A stretch of DNA of 64,000 nt from an uncultured Gemmatimonadota bacterium. Lineage in GTDB: Bacteria; ARS69. The stretch's first letter is position 1. Each line of letters opens with the position of its first letter. Made by a program: the position numbers and the translations under genes. The stretch spans positions 3,679 through 67,678 of the forward strand of contig CAYYFX010000006.1 in NCBI GenBank assembly GCA_964471155.1. Direction: 5' to 3'. The notes beneath the pieces are model-generated. The model was not told the DNA's origin and searched no databases. It was given only the letters and a program-made list of their open reading frames with translations. This document shows, piece by piece, positions 18,363 through 28,736 of the stretch.

Positions 18363-19726
18363 GTCCGCACCCCGGGCACGTCGTCCGCCGCCGCGCGCAG
18401 CCGCATGAGGATCTCCGGCAGCCACGCGCGATGCTCCGGCTTCATCAAGCACGACCGCAGGCAGGTGATCGACTCCGTGTCCCACGACGCCACGGCCTCC
18501 GCCTCCTCCGCCAGGGCGCGCGGGTACGCCGCCACGGCGAGGTGAAGATCCCGCGCCGCGGCCGCGTCGAACACCGCGCGCGCCCGCGCCGACGCCTCCG
18601 ACGACCGCTCCGCCCGCACCGCCCAGTTCACGATGTCCAGCGCCGGCGGCATGAGCGGCGCGAAGCGCGCATCGTCACGCAGGGCGTCGTACAGCGCCAG
18701 TGCCGCCTCGCGTCCGGCGTCCAGCGACCGCGCCAGCGCCCCGCCCCGCACGAGCGGCAGCATGCGCATCGTGGTCCAGAGCGCCACGGCCGCCGCCCCC
18801 GGGCGGGAGCACTCCAGCGAGATCTCCCCGAGGTGCAGTTCCTTGGACGTGAAGTACGTGTACGGCGAGTCATGCCGGTAGAAGCGCCCGACGGACGGAT
18901 CCCGGAAGATCACGCATCCGCACCCGTACGGCTGCAACCCGTGCTTGTGCGGATCCACGACGACCGAGTCCGCGTCCGCCACCGCGTCGAAGGCCCGCCG
19001 CCCCTGCGGATCCAGCGTGCCCGACAGGGCGAAGTAGCCGCCGTAGGCCGCGTCGACGTGCACGCGCACGTCGCGCTCGCGGCACACGCGCAGGATCTCC
19101 GGCAGCGGATCCACCGTCCCCGCCGCCGTGGTCCCCAGCGTCGCCACCACGGTCCCCACGTCGCCGCCGCGGAGGACATCCTCCAGCGCGTCCACGTCCA
19201 TCCGCCCGCGCGCGTCCACGGCCACCGTCCGGAACGGCACGCCCAGCACCGCGGACAGGCGGGCGTGCGTGTAGTGCGCCAGCGCCGACGCCGCCACCGC
19301 CTTCCCCGGGCGCAGCTCCCGCCCGACCCACAAGGCCTCGAAGTTCGCCATCGTGCCGCCGCCGCACAGGTGCCCGAGATGCCCGTCCATCCCGAACATC
19401 CGGGCGAGGTCCGCCACGGCCTCCCGCTCCATGGCGGAGCTGGCGCGGCCGCCGTCGAGCGCGTGGTTGTTCGGGTTCAAGGTCATGGCCAGCGCGTAGG
19501 CCAGCCGCGCCACCGGATGCGGAGGCTTGAGCATCTGTCCCGCGTACAGGGGGTGATGGTACGGGTAGTTGTCCTGCAGGCGGTCCGCCGCCGCGAGCAG
19601 CGCGTCGCGCATGCGCTCCGGGTCGGCATCCGCCCCCGCCGCCGGCAACCGGGCGAAGCCCTGCTCCAAGCGCGCCAGCGCCTCGGCCAGGAGCCCGGAC
19701 TCCGTCCCGCCGCGCACCCCGCTCAT
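18359..19726 (-). CDS. PLP-dependent group II (amino-acid) decarboxylase
   Basis: ATG at 19726 overlaps the upstream stop (ATGA). PLP-lysine motif DPHKHGLQPYGCGCV plus the fold-type-I pattern. The first ~130 codons of track ORF 18359..20113 are out-of-frame readthrough, not part of this gene. Confidence 0.8.
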   Translation of the reverse strand: MSGVRGGTESGLLAEALARLEQGFARLPAAGADADPERMRDALLAAADRLQDNYPYHHPLYAGQMLKPPHPVARLAYALAMTLNPNNHALDGGRASSAMEREAVADLARMFGMDGHLGHLCGGGTMANFEALWVGRELRPGKAVAASALAHYTHARLSAVLGVPFRTVAVDARGRMDVDALEDVLRGGDVGTVVATLGTTAAGTVDPLPEILRVCRERDVRVHVDAAYGGYFALSGTLDPQGRRAFDAVADADSVVVDPHKHGLQPYGCGCVIFRDPSVGRFYRHDSPYTYFTSKELHLGEISLECSRPGAAAVALWTTMRMLPLVRGGALARSLDAGREAALALYDALRDDARFAPLMPPALDIVNWAVRAERSSEASARARAVFDAAAARDLHLAVAAYPRALAEEAEAVASWDTESITCLRSCLMKPEHRAWLPEILMRLRAAADDVPGVRT

Positions 19727-20169
19727 GCCGCGCCGCGCGCCTCCCGTGCCAGGTACGCCTCCGTGCCGCCGCCGCCGGGCGCGAGCATCGTGTCCACCCA
19801 CGCCTGCCGCTCGCCCCAGAGGACTTCCAGGTCCCACACGCAGAAGGACTCGTCGCCCCGCGCCGCGCGCCAGCCCTCGCCGCCCTTCCGCACGAACACG
19901 CGCACCGGCAGCTCGTTCTCCTGATCCCACCACGCGATCACCGCGTAGTCCCCGGTGCGTCCCTGGTGCGCGATGAGGAACGCCAGCCCGGGGCACCCGC
20001 GCGCCTCGTCCGGCTCCGGCAGCTCCCGCAGCGCGGCGTCCATCCCGGGCGCGAATCCGATCCAGTCCACCGGCCGCTCGCCGAACCGCACGGAGTACAC
20101 CTTGATCCGCCACGGGCCGAACGTGCGCGTGTCGTGCCTCTCGATGCGCCGCGGCGCGTACGCCTCCAC
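19723..20169 (-). CDS. Hypothetical protein (148 aa) of the decarboxylase array
   Basis: GTG start 1 nt after the upstream TGA, with GGAGGG 4 nt upstream. Non-degenerate composition (YAVIAWWDQENELPVRVFVRKGG). I cannot assign a family from sequence alone. Confidence 0.5.
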   Translation of the reverse strand: MEAYAPRRIERHDTRTFGPWRIKVYSVRFGERPVDWIGFAPGMDAALRELPEPDEARGCPGLAFLIAHQGRTGDYAVIAWWDQENELPVRVFVRKGGEGWRAARGDESFCVWDLEVLWGERQAWVDTMLAPGGGGTEAYLAREARGAA

Positions 20170-20170
20170 G

Positions 20171-20599
20171 TCACCCTCCGAAGCGCTCGTGCACGCGCCA
20201 CACGAGGGCGCGCGACGCGAACGCGAGCGGGACCAGCACGATCCCGTACCCCAGCGTCCCCAGCAGGAGCAGCGGGGCGATCATCCCCACGTGATCCGCC
20301 AGGTCGAAGTCCGTCCAGCCGCCGTGCCGCGCCACGAGCGCCACGCGCTCGATCACCACGAACGCCGCCCAGTACGCCACGATCCCGGCATAGTACGTGG
20401 CCACGCCCCATCCCAGGTGCTCGCGCCCGCCGCAGCGCGCTCGCGACCACACGGTGAGCCGTCCGGCCGAGACGCCGGCGATCACCCCGGCCGCCATCCA
20501 GGAGAACCCGAAGGCGTCCGCCAGCCGGCCCTGCATCAGCTTCACCGCGACCACGTTCCACGCGACCCCGAGCAGCGCCGAGCAGGCCGTGGCCGCCAT
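20171..20599 (-). CDS. Small membrane protein (4 predicted TM)
   Basis: ATG overlaps the upstream small ORF's stop by 1 nt (TGATG). Hydrophobic segments throughout. Confidence 0.5.
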   Translation of the reverse strand: MAATACSALLGVAWNVVAVKLMQGRLADAFGFSWMAAGVIAGVSAGRLTVWSRARCGGREHLGWGVATYYAGIVAYWAAFVVIERVALVARHGGWTDFDLADHVGMIAPLLLLGTLGYGIVLVPLAFASRALVWRVHERFGG

Positions 20600-20736
20600 C
20601 ACGCGGCCGTCACTTCGCCTTCGCCCGGCCGAGCCCCGTGAAGGAACCAGTCCCCCTCGCGGCGCGCGTCGTCCTCGATGGAGTCCAGGAACGCCTTCGG
20701 TCTGGCGTTCGTCCTCCTCGTCTTCAGCCCGGCCAT
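20599..20736 (-). CDS. Small hypothetical protein (45 aa)
   Basis: ATG at 20736 with GGAGGG 4 nt upstream, immediately after the upstream TGA, and coupled to the downstream gene. Sequence MAGLKTRRTNARPKAFLDSIEDDARREGDWFLHGARPGEGEVTAA. Confidence 0.35.
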   Translation of the reverse strand: MAGLKTRRTNARPKAFLDSIEDDARREGDWFLHGARPGEGEVTAA

Positions 20737-20746
20737 CGTCCCTCCG

Positions 20747-21172
20747 TCAGCGGCGGAACCAGTACGGCAGCGCGCCTCGGACACCCGTGTAGATCAGCGC
20801 GGCCGCGATCGCGATCATGGCCGCCGCGCCGCGGCCCTCGTCGAGCGAGGCGAACCCGTTCGCCCCGAGGAGAACGCCGCACGCGATCACGATCCCGCGG
20901 GGGATCGGCTGTTGCAGGAGCGGGCGGTCCGCCGGCGGCGCCGCGGGCGCGCCGGGGACGGCGGCGGATGGCGCGCCGGGTGGCCGTCGCCACTCCCGCC
21001 AGATCCCGTACAGCGCCCCGGCCACGAATCCCGCCGGACCCGTGATGAAGATGCCGAGGAGCGGTCCCTGGTTCGCGTCCGGGGCGAACACGATCGGACC
21101 GAAGAAGCCCGCGGCGAACGCCACCGCGCCGACCACGATCGCCCAGAACAGCACCCGCGCCTCGCGCCCCAT
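20747..21172 (-). CDS. Small membrane protein (3-4 TM)
   Basis: ATG at 21172 lies 6 nt after GGGAGG. Segments LFWAIVVGAVAFAAGFFGPIVFA and GIVIACGVLLGANGFASL. Confidence 0.5.
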   Translation of the reverse strand: MGREARVLFWAIVVGAVAFAAGFFGPIVFAPDANQGPLLGIFITGPAGFVAGALYGIWREWRRPPGAPSAAVPGAPAAPPADRPLLQQPIPRGIVIACGVLLGANGFASLDEGRGAAAMIAIAAALIYTGVRGALPYWFRR

Positions 21173-21217
21173 GCGGCACCTCCCGGGCGGCACGATACCG
21201 CGGCCCGGCGCCGCGCG

Positions 21218-21556
21218 TCACTTCCGGAAGACGAAGTACACCGCTCCCACGAGGCACAGCGCCGCCCACAGGAAGTCCAGCTTCACGGGCTGGCGCATGT
21301 ACAGGACGGCGAAGGGGACGAACACCGCGAGCGTGATCACCTCCTGCAGCACCTTGAGCTGCGGCAGGGACATCACGCCGTACCCGATCCGGTTCGCGGG
21401 CACCTGCAGGACGTACTCGAAGAACGCGATGCCCCAGCTCGCGAGCACGGCCACGAGCAGCGGCCGCGTGCGGAGGTCGCGCAGGTGCGCGTACCAGGCG
21501 AACGTCATGAACACGTTGGAGCACACGAGCAGCGCGGCCGTGCGCAGGATCGTCAT
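21218..21556 (-). CDS. DMT-superfamily small membrane protein (DUF486-like, 4 TM)
   Basis: 112 aa: MTILRTAALLVCSNVFMTFAWYAHL...LPQLKVLQEVITLAVFVPFAVLYM... Confidence 0.65.
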   Translation of the reverse strand: MTILRTAALLVCSNVFMTFAWYAHLRDLRTRPLLVAVLASWGIAFFEYVLQVPANRIGYGVMSLPQLKVLQEVITLAVFVPFAVLYMRQPVKLDFLWAALCLVGAVYFVFRK

Positions 21557-21577
21557 GGACGGTGCGGTTCCTTTCGC

Positions 21578-22063
21578 TCAGTCGGTTTCGAGCAGTGCGT
21601 CCAGGTCCAGGGGAAGCGTGACCATCGCCAGGCCGCCGCCGGCGTCGCGCGGCCACTCCCCGGGCGGACGGTCCACGTACAGCTCCACGCCGTTGCCGTC
21701 GGGGTCGCGCAGGTACAGGGCCTCGCTGACGCCGTGGTCCGCGGCGCCCTCCAATCGGATGCCGGCCGCGCGCAACCGGCGCAAGGCATCCGCCAGGGAC
21801 GCGCGGTCCGGGTACCGGATGGCCACGTGGTACAGCCCCGTGCTGCGCGGCGGAGGCGGCGCCCCTCCGCGGCTCTCCCAGGTGTTGAGCCCGATATGGT
21901 GGTGGTATCCGCCCGCGGAGAGGAACGCGGCGTCGGATCCCATGCGCTGCGTGACCTCGAAGCCGAGCACGTCGCGCCAGAAGCCCAGGGCCCGCTCCAG
22001 GTTCGCCACCTTCAGGTGCACGTGACCGACGGTGACGCGGGGATCGACGGGCGGCGCGGTCAT
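21578..22063 (-). CDS. VOC-family protein (glyoxalase / extradiol-dioxygenase fold)
   Basis: ATGA overlap with the upstream gene. VGHVHLKVANLERALGFWRDVLGFEV...GYHHHIGLNTWES...LYLRDPDGNGVELY are VOC hallmarks. Confidence 0.8.
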   Translation of the reverse strand: MTAPPVDPRVTVGHVHLKVANLERALGFWRDVLGFEVTQRMGSDAAFLSAGGYHHHIGLNTWESRGGAPPPPRSTGLYHVAIRYPDRASLADALRRLRAAGIRLEGAADHGVSEALYLRDPDGNGVELYVDRPPGEWPRDAGGGLAMVTLPLDLDALLETD

Positions 22064-22929
22064 CGCCACGGCCCTTCCGCCGCCGGCGGGGCGTCCTTCA
22101 CGTAGATGTCGGGCACGCGGATCTCCATCTGGCCGGCGGGATTCACCGGCGGCGCGAAGCCGTAGCGCGCGTACAGGCCGTGCGCATCGCGCGTGGCCAG
22201 CGCGAAGCGGCGCAAGCCCTGCAGATCCGGGTGGGACATGACCGCCTCCATCAGCCGCTTCCCGAGACCGCGCCCCTGATGCGACTCCAGCACGTACACG
22301 TCGCAGAGGTACGCGTAGGTGGCCTTGTCCGTCACGACGCGCGCGAAGCCCACCTGCGCTCCGTGATCGTACAGGCCGAAGCAGAGCGAGTTCGCGAGCG
22401 AGCGCGCGACGATCTCCCGCGGGATCCCCTTCGCCCAGTACGATCCGCGGAGATACGCATGGATCGCATCCACGTCCAGGCGCGCGGGGTCCGTGGAGAT
22501 CTCGATGCGGTCGGACGGGACCGCGGGGTTCCCGGGGATCCACTCCCCCGGCGGCGGTCCGGCGAAGGCCACGACGTGGCCGTCCGCGTCCAGGCTGTAC
22601 CCCACGATCGAGCCCCAGTCGCGGAGCGCCGGCGCCGACAGTTCGAGCGCGCCGGCGGCCAGGGCACGCCCGTGGGCCGCGACCGGGTCCGCCACGTGCA
22701 GGTACAGTTCCGCGCGCGGCACCCCGCTCCCGCGCGCCGGATCCGGCAGCCGCTCGCCGAGCAGCCGGCGGATGCCGGCCTCCGGCATGAGCCCCAGCAC
22801 GGCGTCCCCTCCGAGCGCGAACTCCGTCATGCCCGGCACGTCCAGGACGGGCGCGCGCTCCAGCACCCCCGACCAGAACGACGCGCTCCGCGCCTGGTCC
22901 GCCACGTACAGGATGAAGTGCGTGGTCAC
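22060..22929 (-). CDS. Fusion protein: N-terminal VOC/glyoxalase-like domain plus C-terminal GNAT acetyltransferase
   Basis: GTG start overlaps the dioxygenase stop (GTGA). N-terminus THFILYVADQARSASFW...LYLHVADP (VOC). C-terminus YLCDVYVLESHQGRGLGKRLMEAVMSH...ARYGF (GNAT acetyl-CoA site). Confidence 0.75.
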   Translation of the reverse strand: MTTHFILYVADQARSASFWSGVLERAPVLDVPGMTEFALGGDAVLGLMPEAGIRRLLGERLPDPARGSGVPRAELYLHVADPVAAHGRALAAGALELSAPALRDWGSIVGYSLDADGHVVAFAGPPPGEWIPGNPAVPSDRIEISTDPARLDVDAIHAYLRGSYWAKGIPREIVARSLANSLCFGLYDHGAQVGFARVVTDKATYAYLCDVYVLESHQGRGLGKRLMEAVMSHPDLQGLRRFALATRDAHGLYARYGFAPPVNPAGQMEIRVPDIYVKDAPPAAEGPWR

Positions 22930-23528
22930 GGATAGCCCGGGATGTTCGCGCCCAGCCGGATGTCGCGCGTGACGTGCCACACCCCGGCGTCGTCCCTGGC
23001 CGGCACGGCCACGCCCGATCCGCCGCGCCCGTTCCTCGCGCGCTCGCGGTCCCGCGCGCCCAGGTTCGGGTCATCGTCGAAGAGCACGTCCTCGATGTAG
23101 TACGTGCAGCGCCCCGGCTCGATCACGTGCATGTGCACGTGCTGCGGGATCGTCGTTCCCGGATAGCTCGCCGGACGGATCGTGTCGAAGCGGTAGCGCC
23201 CCTCCGCATCCGTCCTCGCCCACCCGCGCAGCCGGCCGTGTCGCGTGTCCGCCTCCGGATAGATGCCGTTCGCGTCCGTCTGGTAGGCGTACACGATGAT
23301 CCCCGGCGCCGGCTTCCCGGCGGTGTCGGTCACGACGCCCCCGATCCCCAGCGCCTCGCCGGGCTCGTCCGCCGGCGCGATGCGCGCGTGCGGGAGGATT
23401 TCCGCCGGCATCCCCGCGAAGACGTCCTCGCACCCCTCGCACGGCAGTCCGACCACGCGCTCGCGCGCGCCGGCATCCGCCGCCGCCGCGACCAGGACCG
23501 TCGCCGCGAACCTCGCCACTCGATGCAC
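22926..23528 (-). CDS. Secreted intradiol ring-cleavage dioxygenase-like protein
   Basis: Signal peptide ATVLVAAAADAGA. The core GRYRFDTIRPASYPG...IPQHVHMHV resembles protocatechuate/catechol intradiol-dioxygenase beta-sandwich motifs. Confidence 0.7.
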   Translation of the reverse strand: MHRVARFAATVLVAAAADAGARERVVGLPCEGCEDVFAGMPAEILPHARIAPADEPGEALGIGGVVTDTAGKPAPGIIVYAYQTDANGIYPEADTRHGRLRGWARTDAEGRYRFDTIRPASYPGTTIPQHVHMHVIEPGRCTYYIEDVLFDDDPNLGARDRERARNGRGGSGVAVPARDDAGVWHVTRDIRLGANIPGYP

Positions 23529-23558
23529 CGCGTCTCCTCCCGGCGCCGCCGGCGCCCG

Positions 23559-24050
23559 TTACTCCGACCCGAGGGGTGCGAGGCCGGAGAGCCGCACCCG
23601 GATCTCCTCGTCCGCGATCCGTCGATCGGGGTCGATCTCGATGCGCGTGGGGTACCCGAGATCCGGATCGTACTCGGCGTGGAAGCGGTCGGCCTCGCCC
23701 ACGTGGGACTGCAGCAGATCGAAGAGCTGGTCCACGGTCCGCGCGCAGAGGCGCGCCGCATCCTCCGGACTCCCGTCCGGGGTGCCGGCGTTCGGCTCCA
23801 CGTCCGTCACGTCCGGCGGAACGCCCTCGCGCACGATCAGCGTGAACGCGGCAGGGCACGGGCAGAAGCACGACACGTTCTCGCGCACGGTGTACTCCGC
23901 GGGACCGCGGGTCTCCCAGAGGCGGCGCGCCGCCCAGAGTTCCACGCCGTCGGACGGCGTGTCGTCCGACAGCAGGCAGCCCGGCACGGCCAGCGCCAGG
24001 GCCAGGGCCAAGGCCGGCGCCACCCGCCGCGCCGCCCGCATCGACGTCAC
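23559..24050 (-). CDS. Lipoprotein, function unknown; first gene of the array
   Basis: Signal peptide with lipobox LALAVPGC. Unbiased composition. Confidence 0.55.
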   Translation of the reverse strand: MTSMRAARRVAPALALALALAVPGCLLSDDTPSDGVELWAARRLWETRGPAEYTVRENVSCFCPCPAAFTLIVREGVPPDVTDVEPNAGTPDGSPEDAARLCARTVDQLFDLLQSHVGEADRFHAEYDPDLGYPTRIEIDPDRRIADEEIRVRLSGLAPLGSE

Positions 24051-24166
24051 GTGCGCACCGCACGCGGCTGGACGTGGTCGCGAACCACCACGGCCACGTG
24101 CGCCAGGCTTCGCTGCATGGATCCCTCCGCGACCGGCAGTATCGCCTCGCCCGCGTCGCGCCGCAA

Positions 24167-24194
24167 TCGACGCCGTCCCCCGGGGCGGCGTCGA
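24167..24194 (-). terminator. GC-rich hairpin (9-bp stem TCGACGCCG/CGGCGTCGA, 10-nt loop) ~28 nt downstream of the osmC stop; candidate intrinsic terminator without a U-tract
   Basis: Perfect inverted repeat at 24167-24175 and 24186-24194. It is followed by a CCCCCGGGGG palindrome at 24198-24207. There is no T-run. Confidence 0.25.
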
Positions 24195-24221
24195 CCGCCC
24201 CCGGGGGTCCGGCGTCCCGCA

Positions 24222-24800
24222 TCACCGCGCGCGCCCGTGCAGGACACGCTCCACCGTCACCGGAACGGGACGGCAGACCGTCTGGCAGACGGGCGAGTGC
24301 AGCCGCGCGAACTCCATCAGGGCCTCCAGCTCGTCGTCCGGGCAGTCCGCCTTGACCTCCATGCGGATGCGGATCCCCTCGTAGCCCGGTCCGACGCTGT
24401 CGTCGAGCGCGAGGAGCCCGCGGACGTCCAGGTCGCCCTCGAGCCTCGTGTCGATGGACTCGATCCGCACGCCGCGCGCCGCCGCGTGCAGCACGAACGT
24501 CGTGGTCACGCAGCCGGCCAGCGCGTGCAGCAGGAACTCCACCGGGTTCGCGCCCTCGTTGTTCCCCAGGAGCACGGGCGGCTCGCCGTTCGTGAACACG
24601 AAGGGCTCCGCGCGCGAGTCGTCCTCCCGTCCCGCGCCGTGGAAGTCCTTGATGGTCGACACGTTCTCGCCGCCGCCCATCCACCGGTTGGCCGCGCGGA
24701 ACTGGAACCGCGCCAGCGCGGGCTGCGCCGTGATCGCCGCGATCGTCTCATGCATCCGCTCCGTGTCGAGCCCGTTCACCATCTTCATCGTGCCCTGCAT
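24222..24800 (-). CDS. OsmC/Ohr-family peroxiredoxin-like protein
   Basis: ATG at 24800, 6 nt after GGAGG. OsmC motifs EFLLHALAGCVTTT and HSPVCQTV (two conserved Cys). Confidence 0.8.
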   Translation of the reverse strand: MQGTMKMVNGLDTERMHETIAAITAQPALARFQFRAANRWMGGGENVSTIKDFHGAGREDDSRAEPFVFTNGEPPVLLGNNEGANPVEFLLHALAGCVTTTFVLHAAARGVRIESIDTRLEGDLDVRGLLALDDSVGPGYEGIRIRMEVKADCPDDELEALMEFARLHSPVCQTVCRPVPVTVERVLHGRAR

Positions 24801-25013
24801 GTCGTTCCTCCGTTCCTCTTGCCCGCGCCCCATGCGCGAGGACGGAGGTGCCCAAAGGAAGAAGCGTGCCGGAAATCGCCCCCGGCGCATGTCCTTGATC
24901 CGCCGCGACTTGCGAATCGGCCGGTCCCCCGGCGACCGCCGGCGACTCCCGGGTTTCCGGGACTTCGGCCGCGATTCCCCGGGATCCCGGGAGTGCGGGA
25001 CACGGGACGCCGG

Positions 25014-26918
<1,905 letters not shown>

Positions 26919-26924
26919 GCGCGC

Positions 26925-27344
26925 CTACGCGCCTTCCGCCGGTTCCGGCAGCCGGTCCCGGCCCAGGTACGCCAGCGCGGCCTCGCGCGTGCGGAAGACC
27001 GCCACCCGCTTCATGCCGGCGGGATCCGCCTCGCGGTGCGCCTCGTACATGCGGGCGATGCCGAACGCGAAGTCCTGCGGCGCGACGATCGCGATCTTCG
27101 TGGGCGATGCCGGGGACGGCACGTCCATCGTGGCGGAGAACGCCGCGAGGTCGCGCACGCGGCCGGTGGACGGCAGCGCGATCTCCACGACCTCCGTGGT
27201 GTCCACGAGTTCGTCGAAGCCCTGCACGTCCTCGCGCGACCAGACCTCCCGCTGGAACGCGAAGATCTCCGTGTCCGAGACCGCTCCCCGGACGTGCGCG
27301 ACGACGAGGCGGTGGTCGTGGTGGATGGTGTAGTCGATCGGCAT
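26925..27344 (-). CDS. Hypothetical protein, possibly STAS/SpoIIAA-like
   Basis: 139 aa with unbiased composition, sandwiched between the transporter and the EBP with 6-15 nt gaps. The C-terminal pattern KIAIVAPQDFAFGIARMYE...VFRTREAALAYL resembles a STAS domain. This is a weak call. Confidence 0.45.
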   Translation of the reverse strand: MPIDYTIHHDHRLVVAHVRGAVSDTEIFAFQREVWSREDVQGFDELVDTTEVVEIALPSTGRVRDLAAFSATMDVPSPASPTKIAIVAPQDFAFGIARMYEAHREADPAGMKRVAVFRTREAALAYLGRDRLPEPAEGA

Positions 27345-27359
27345 GCGCTCTCCCGGCCC

Positions 27360-28667
27360 TCAGGCCGCCTCGGCCCTCCGACGGTACTCCCGTCCGATCG
27401 CCACCGCCACCGCGATCCACGCCGCCACCAGCACCAGGTTCACGCGCGCGAAGTCCTGCGTGGCGAGCGACAGCGGGACGGTCCCCACCCACACCAGCGC
27501 CGCGGACAGCAGGTCCCCCGCGCGCACGAAGAACGTGTCGATGGCCTGCTTCGCCTTGTACTTCTCCTCGCGCGTGGTCGGCAGGAAGAGCACGTTGCGG
27601 ACGGTGTTCTGCAGCGAGTAGTCCGTGGCGTTCTCCGCGGTCTTCGCCCAGCGCACCGCTGCCAGCACCGGCCAGAACGCGAGCAGCGCGTACGCGCCGA
27701 GCGCGATGACCGGCAGGACGAGGATCGCCACGCGCACGCCCAGGTACTTCAGGATGCGGGACACGAGGAAGAGCTGCAGCAGCACGCCGGCCAGGTTCAC
27801 GTAGAAGAAGAAGTCCGCGTAGAACGCCCCGATCCAGTCCCGCTCGGACATCTCCCCCGCGCGCTGCGCCGCTTCCGCCGCCACGACGCGGTCCAGCACG
27901 TAGCCGCCCGTGGTGTTCACCCAGTTGAGGAGCGCCATCAGGATCGCGATGAGCAGCAGGTAGCGGCTGCCGGTCACGAGACGGAACGCGCCGCCGGCGG
28001 CCAGCGGCTCCACCGGCGCCGGGGCCCCGCCGCGCGCGGCACCGCGCTCGCGATCGTCCACGGCGTGCGTGAGCAGGAGCGAGACGAGCAGCAGCCCCGC
28101 GGCGACGACCAGCATCTCCTCGACGCCGAGCGCGCGGATCATCCGGTTCGCCACCCAGCTCCCGGCCACCGCGCCGAACGAGGCGCCGAACGCCACGATC
28201 GCGAAGAGGCGCTTCCCGCGCTCCGGGGTGTACACGTCGTTGGCGAAGGACCAGAACTGCGCGATGACCATCAGGTTGAAGATGCCCACCCACAGGAAGA
28301 ACGCCACGCCGAGGTACGGGACGCGCGCCTTCGCGAGCAGCCAGAAGCCCACGAGACAGGCGGCGAAGAACACGGTGACCACGTCGATGAGCGTTCGCCG
28401 CGGGAAGCGCGAGGCGAGCCGCGCGTACGCCGGCACCGCGAACAGCAGGAGGAACGCCTGGCCCGCCGTGGTGTATGCCTTGAGCTCCGCGCCGCCGCCC
28501 GCCAGGATCAGCGCCTCGCGCACCGGCTTGATCAGGTAGTACGTGGTGAGGAGGAGGAGGACGTTGAGCGTGAGCAGCAGGACGGTGCCGCCCTCGCCGG
28601 CGCGGACCTCGGCGAACAGTCCCAGGAAGCGCTCGAGGGGGCTTCGCGGACGGTCGCCGGCTTCCAT
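27360..28667 (-). CDS. TLC-family (ATP/ADP-translocase-like) nucleotide transporter homolog
   Basis: About 11 TM segments. The TLC hallmark FWSFANDVYTPERGKRLFAIVAFGASFGAVAGSW corresponds to [26 protein letters not shown] in Rickettsia Tlc. Also LIKPVREALIL. Confidence 0.75.
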   Translation of the reverse strand: MEAGDRPRSPLERFLGLFAEVRAGEGGTVLLLTLNVLLLLTTYYLIKPVREALILAGGGAELKAYTTAGQAFLLLFAVPAYARLASRFPRRTLIDVVTVFFAACLVGFWLLAKARVPYLGVAFFLWVGIFNLMVIAQFWSFANDVYTPERGKRLFAIVAFGASFGAVAGSWVANRMIRALGVEEMLVVAAGLLLVSLLLTHAVDDRERGAARGGAPAPVEPLAAGGAFRLVTGSRYLLLIAILMALLNWVNTTGGYVLDRVVAAEAAQRAGEMSERDWIGAFYADFFFYVNLAGVLLQLFLVSRILKYLGVRVAILVLPVIALGAYALLAFWPVLAAVRWAKTAENATDYSLQNTVRNVLFLPTTREEKYKAKQAIDTFFVRAGDLLSAALVWVGTVPLSLATQDFARVNLVLVAAWIAVAVAIGREYRRRAEAA

Positions 28668-28736
28668 GCGGGCCTCGGGAACGGTTGACAGGGTGCGCGT
28701 CCGGCGGGAAGGCTCCCGGCGGAACGGAGGAGCGCG

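Noticed and set aside
24851-24875. Possible sigma54 promoter (cGGCACG-N4-TTCC) about 75 nt upstream of osmC, next to the EBP gene
   Set aside because: The -24 element is good but the invariant GC of the -12 element is missing (TTCC). I do not call it without a genome-wide PWM scan.
28684-28712. TTGACA at 28684 upstream of the metallophosphoesterase gene
   Set aside because: The only -10 candidate at the correct spacing is AAGGCT (2 of 6 matches), which is not convincing.
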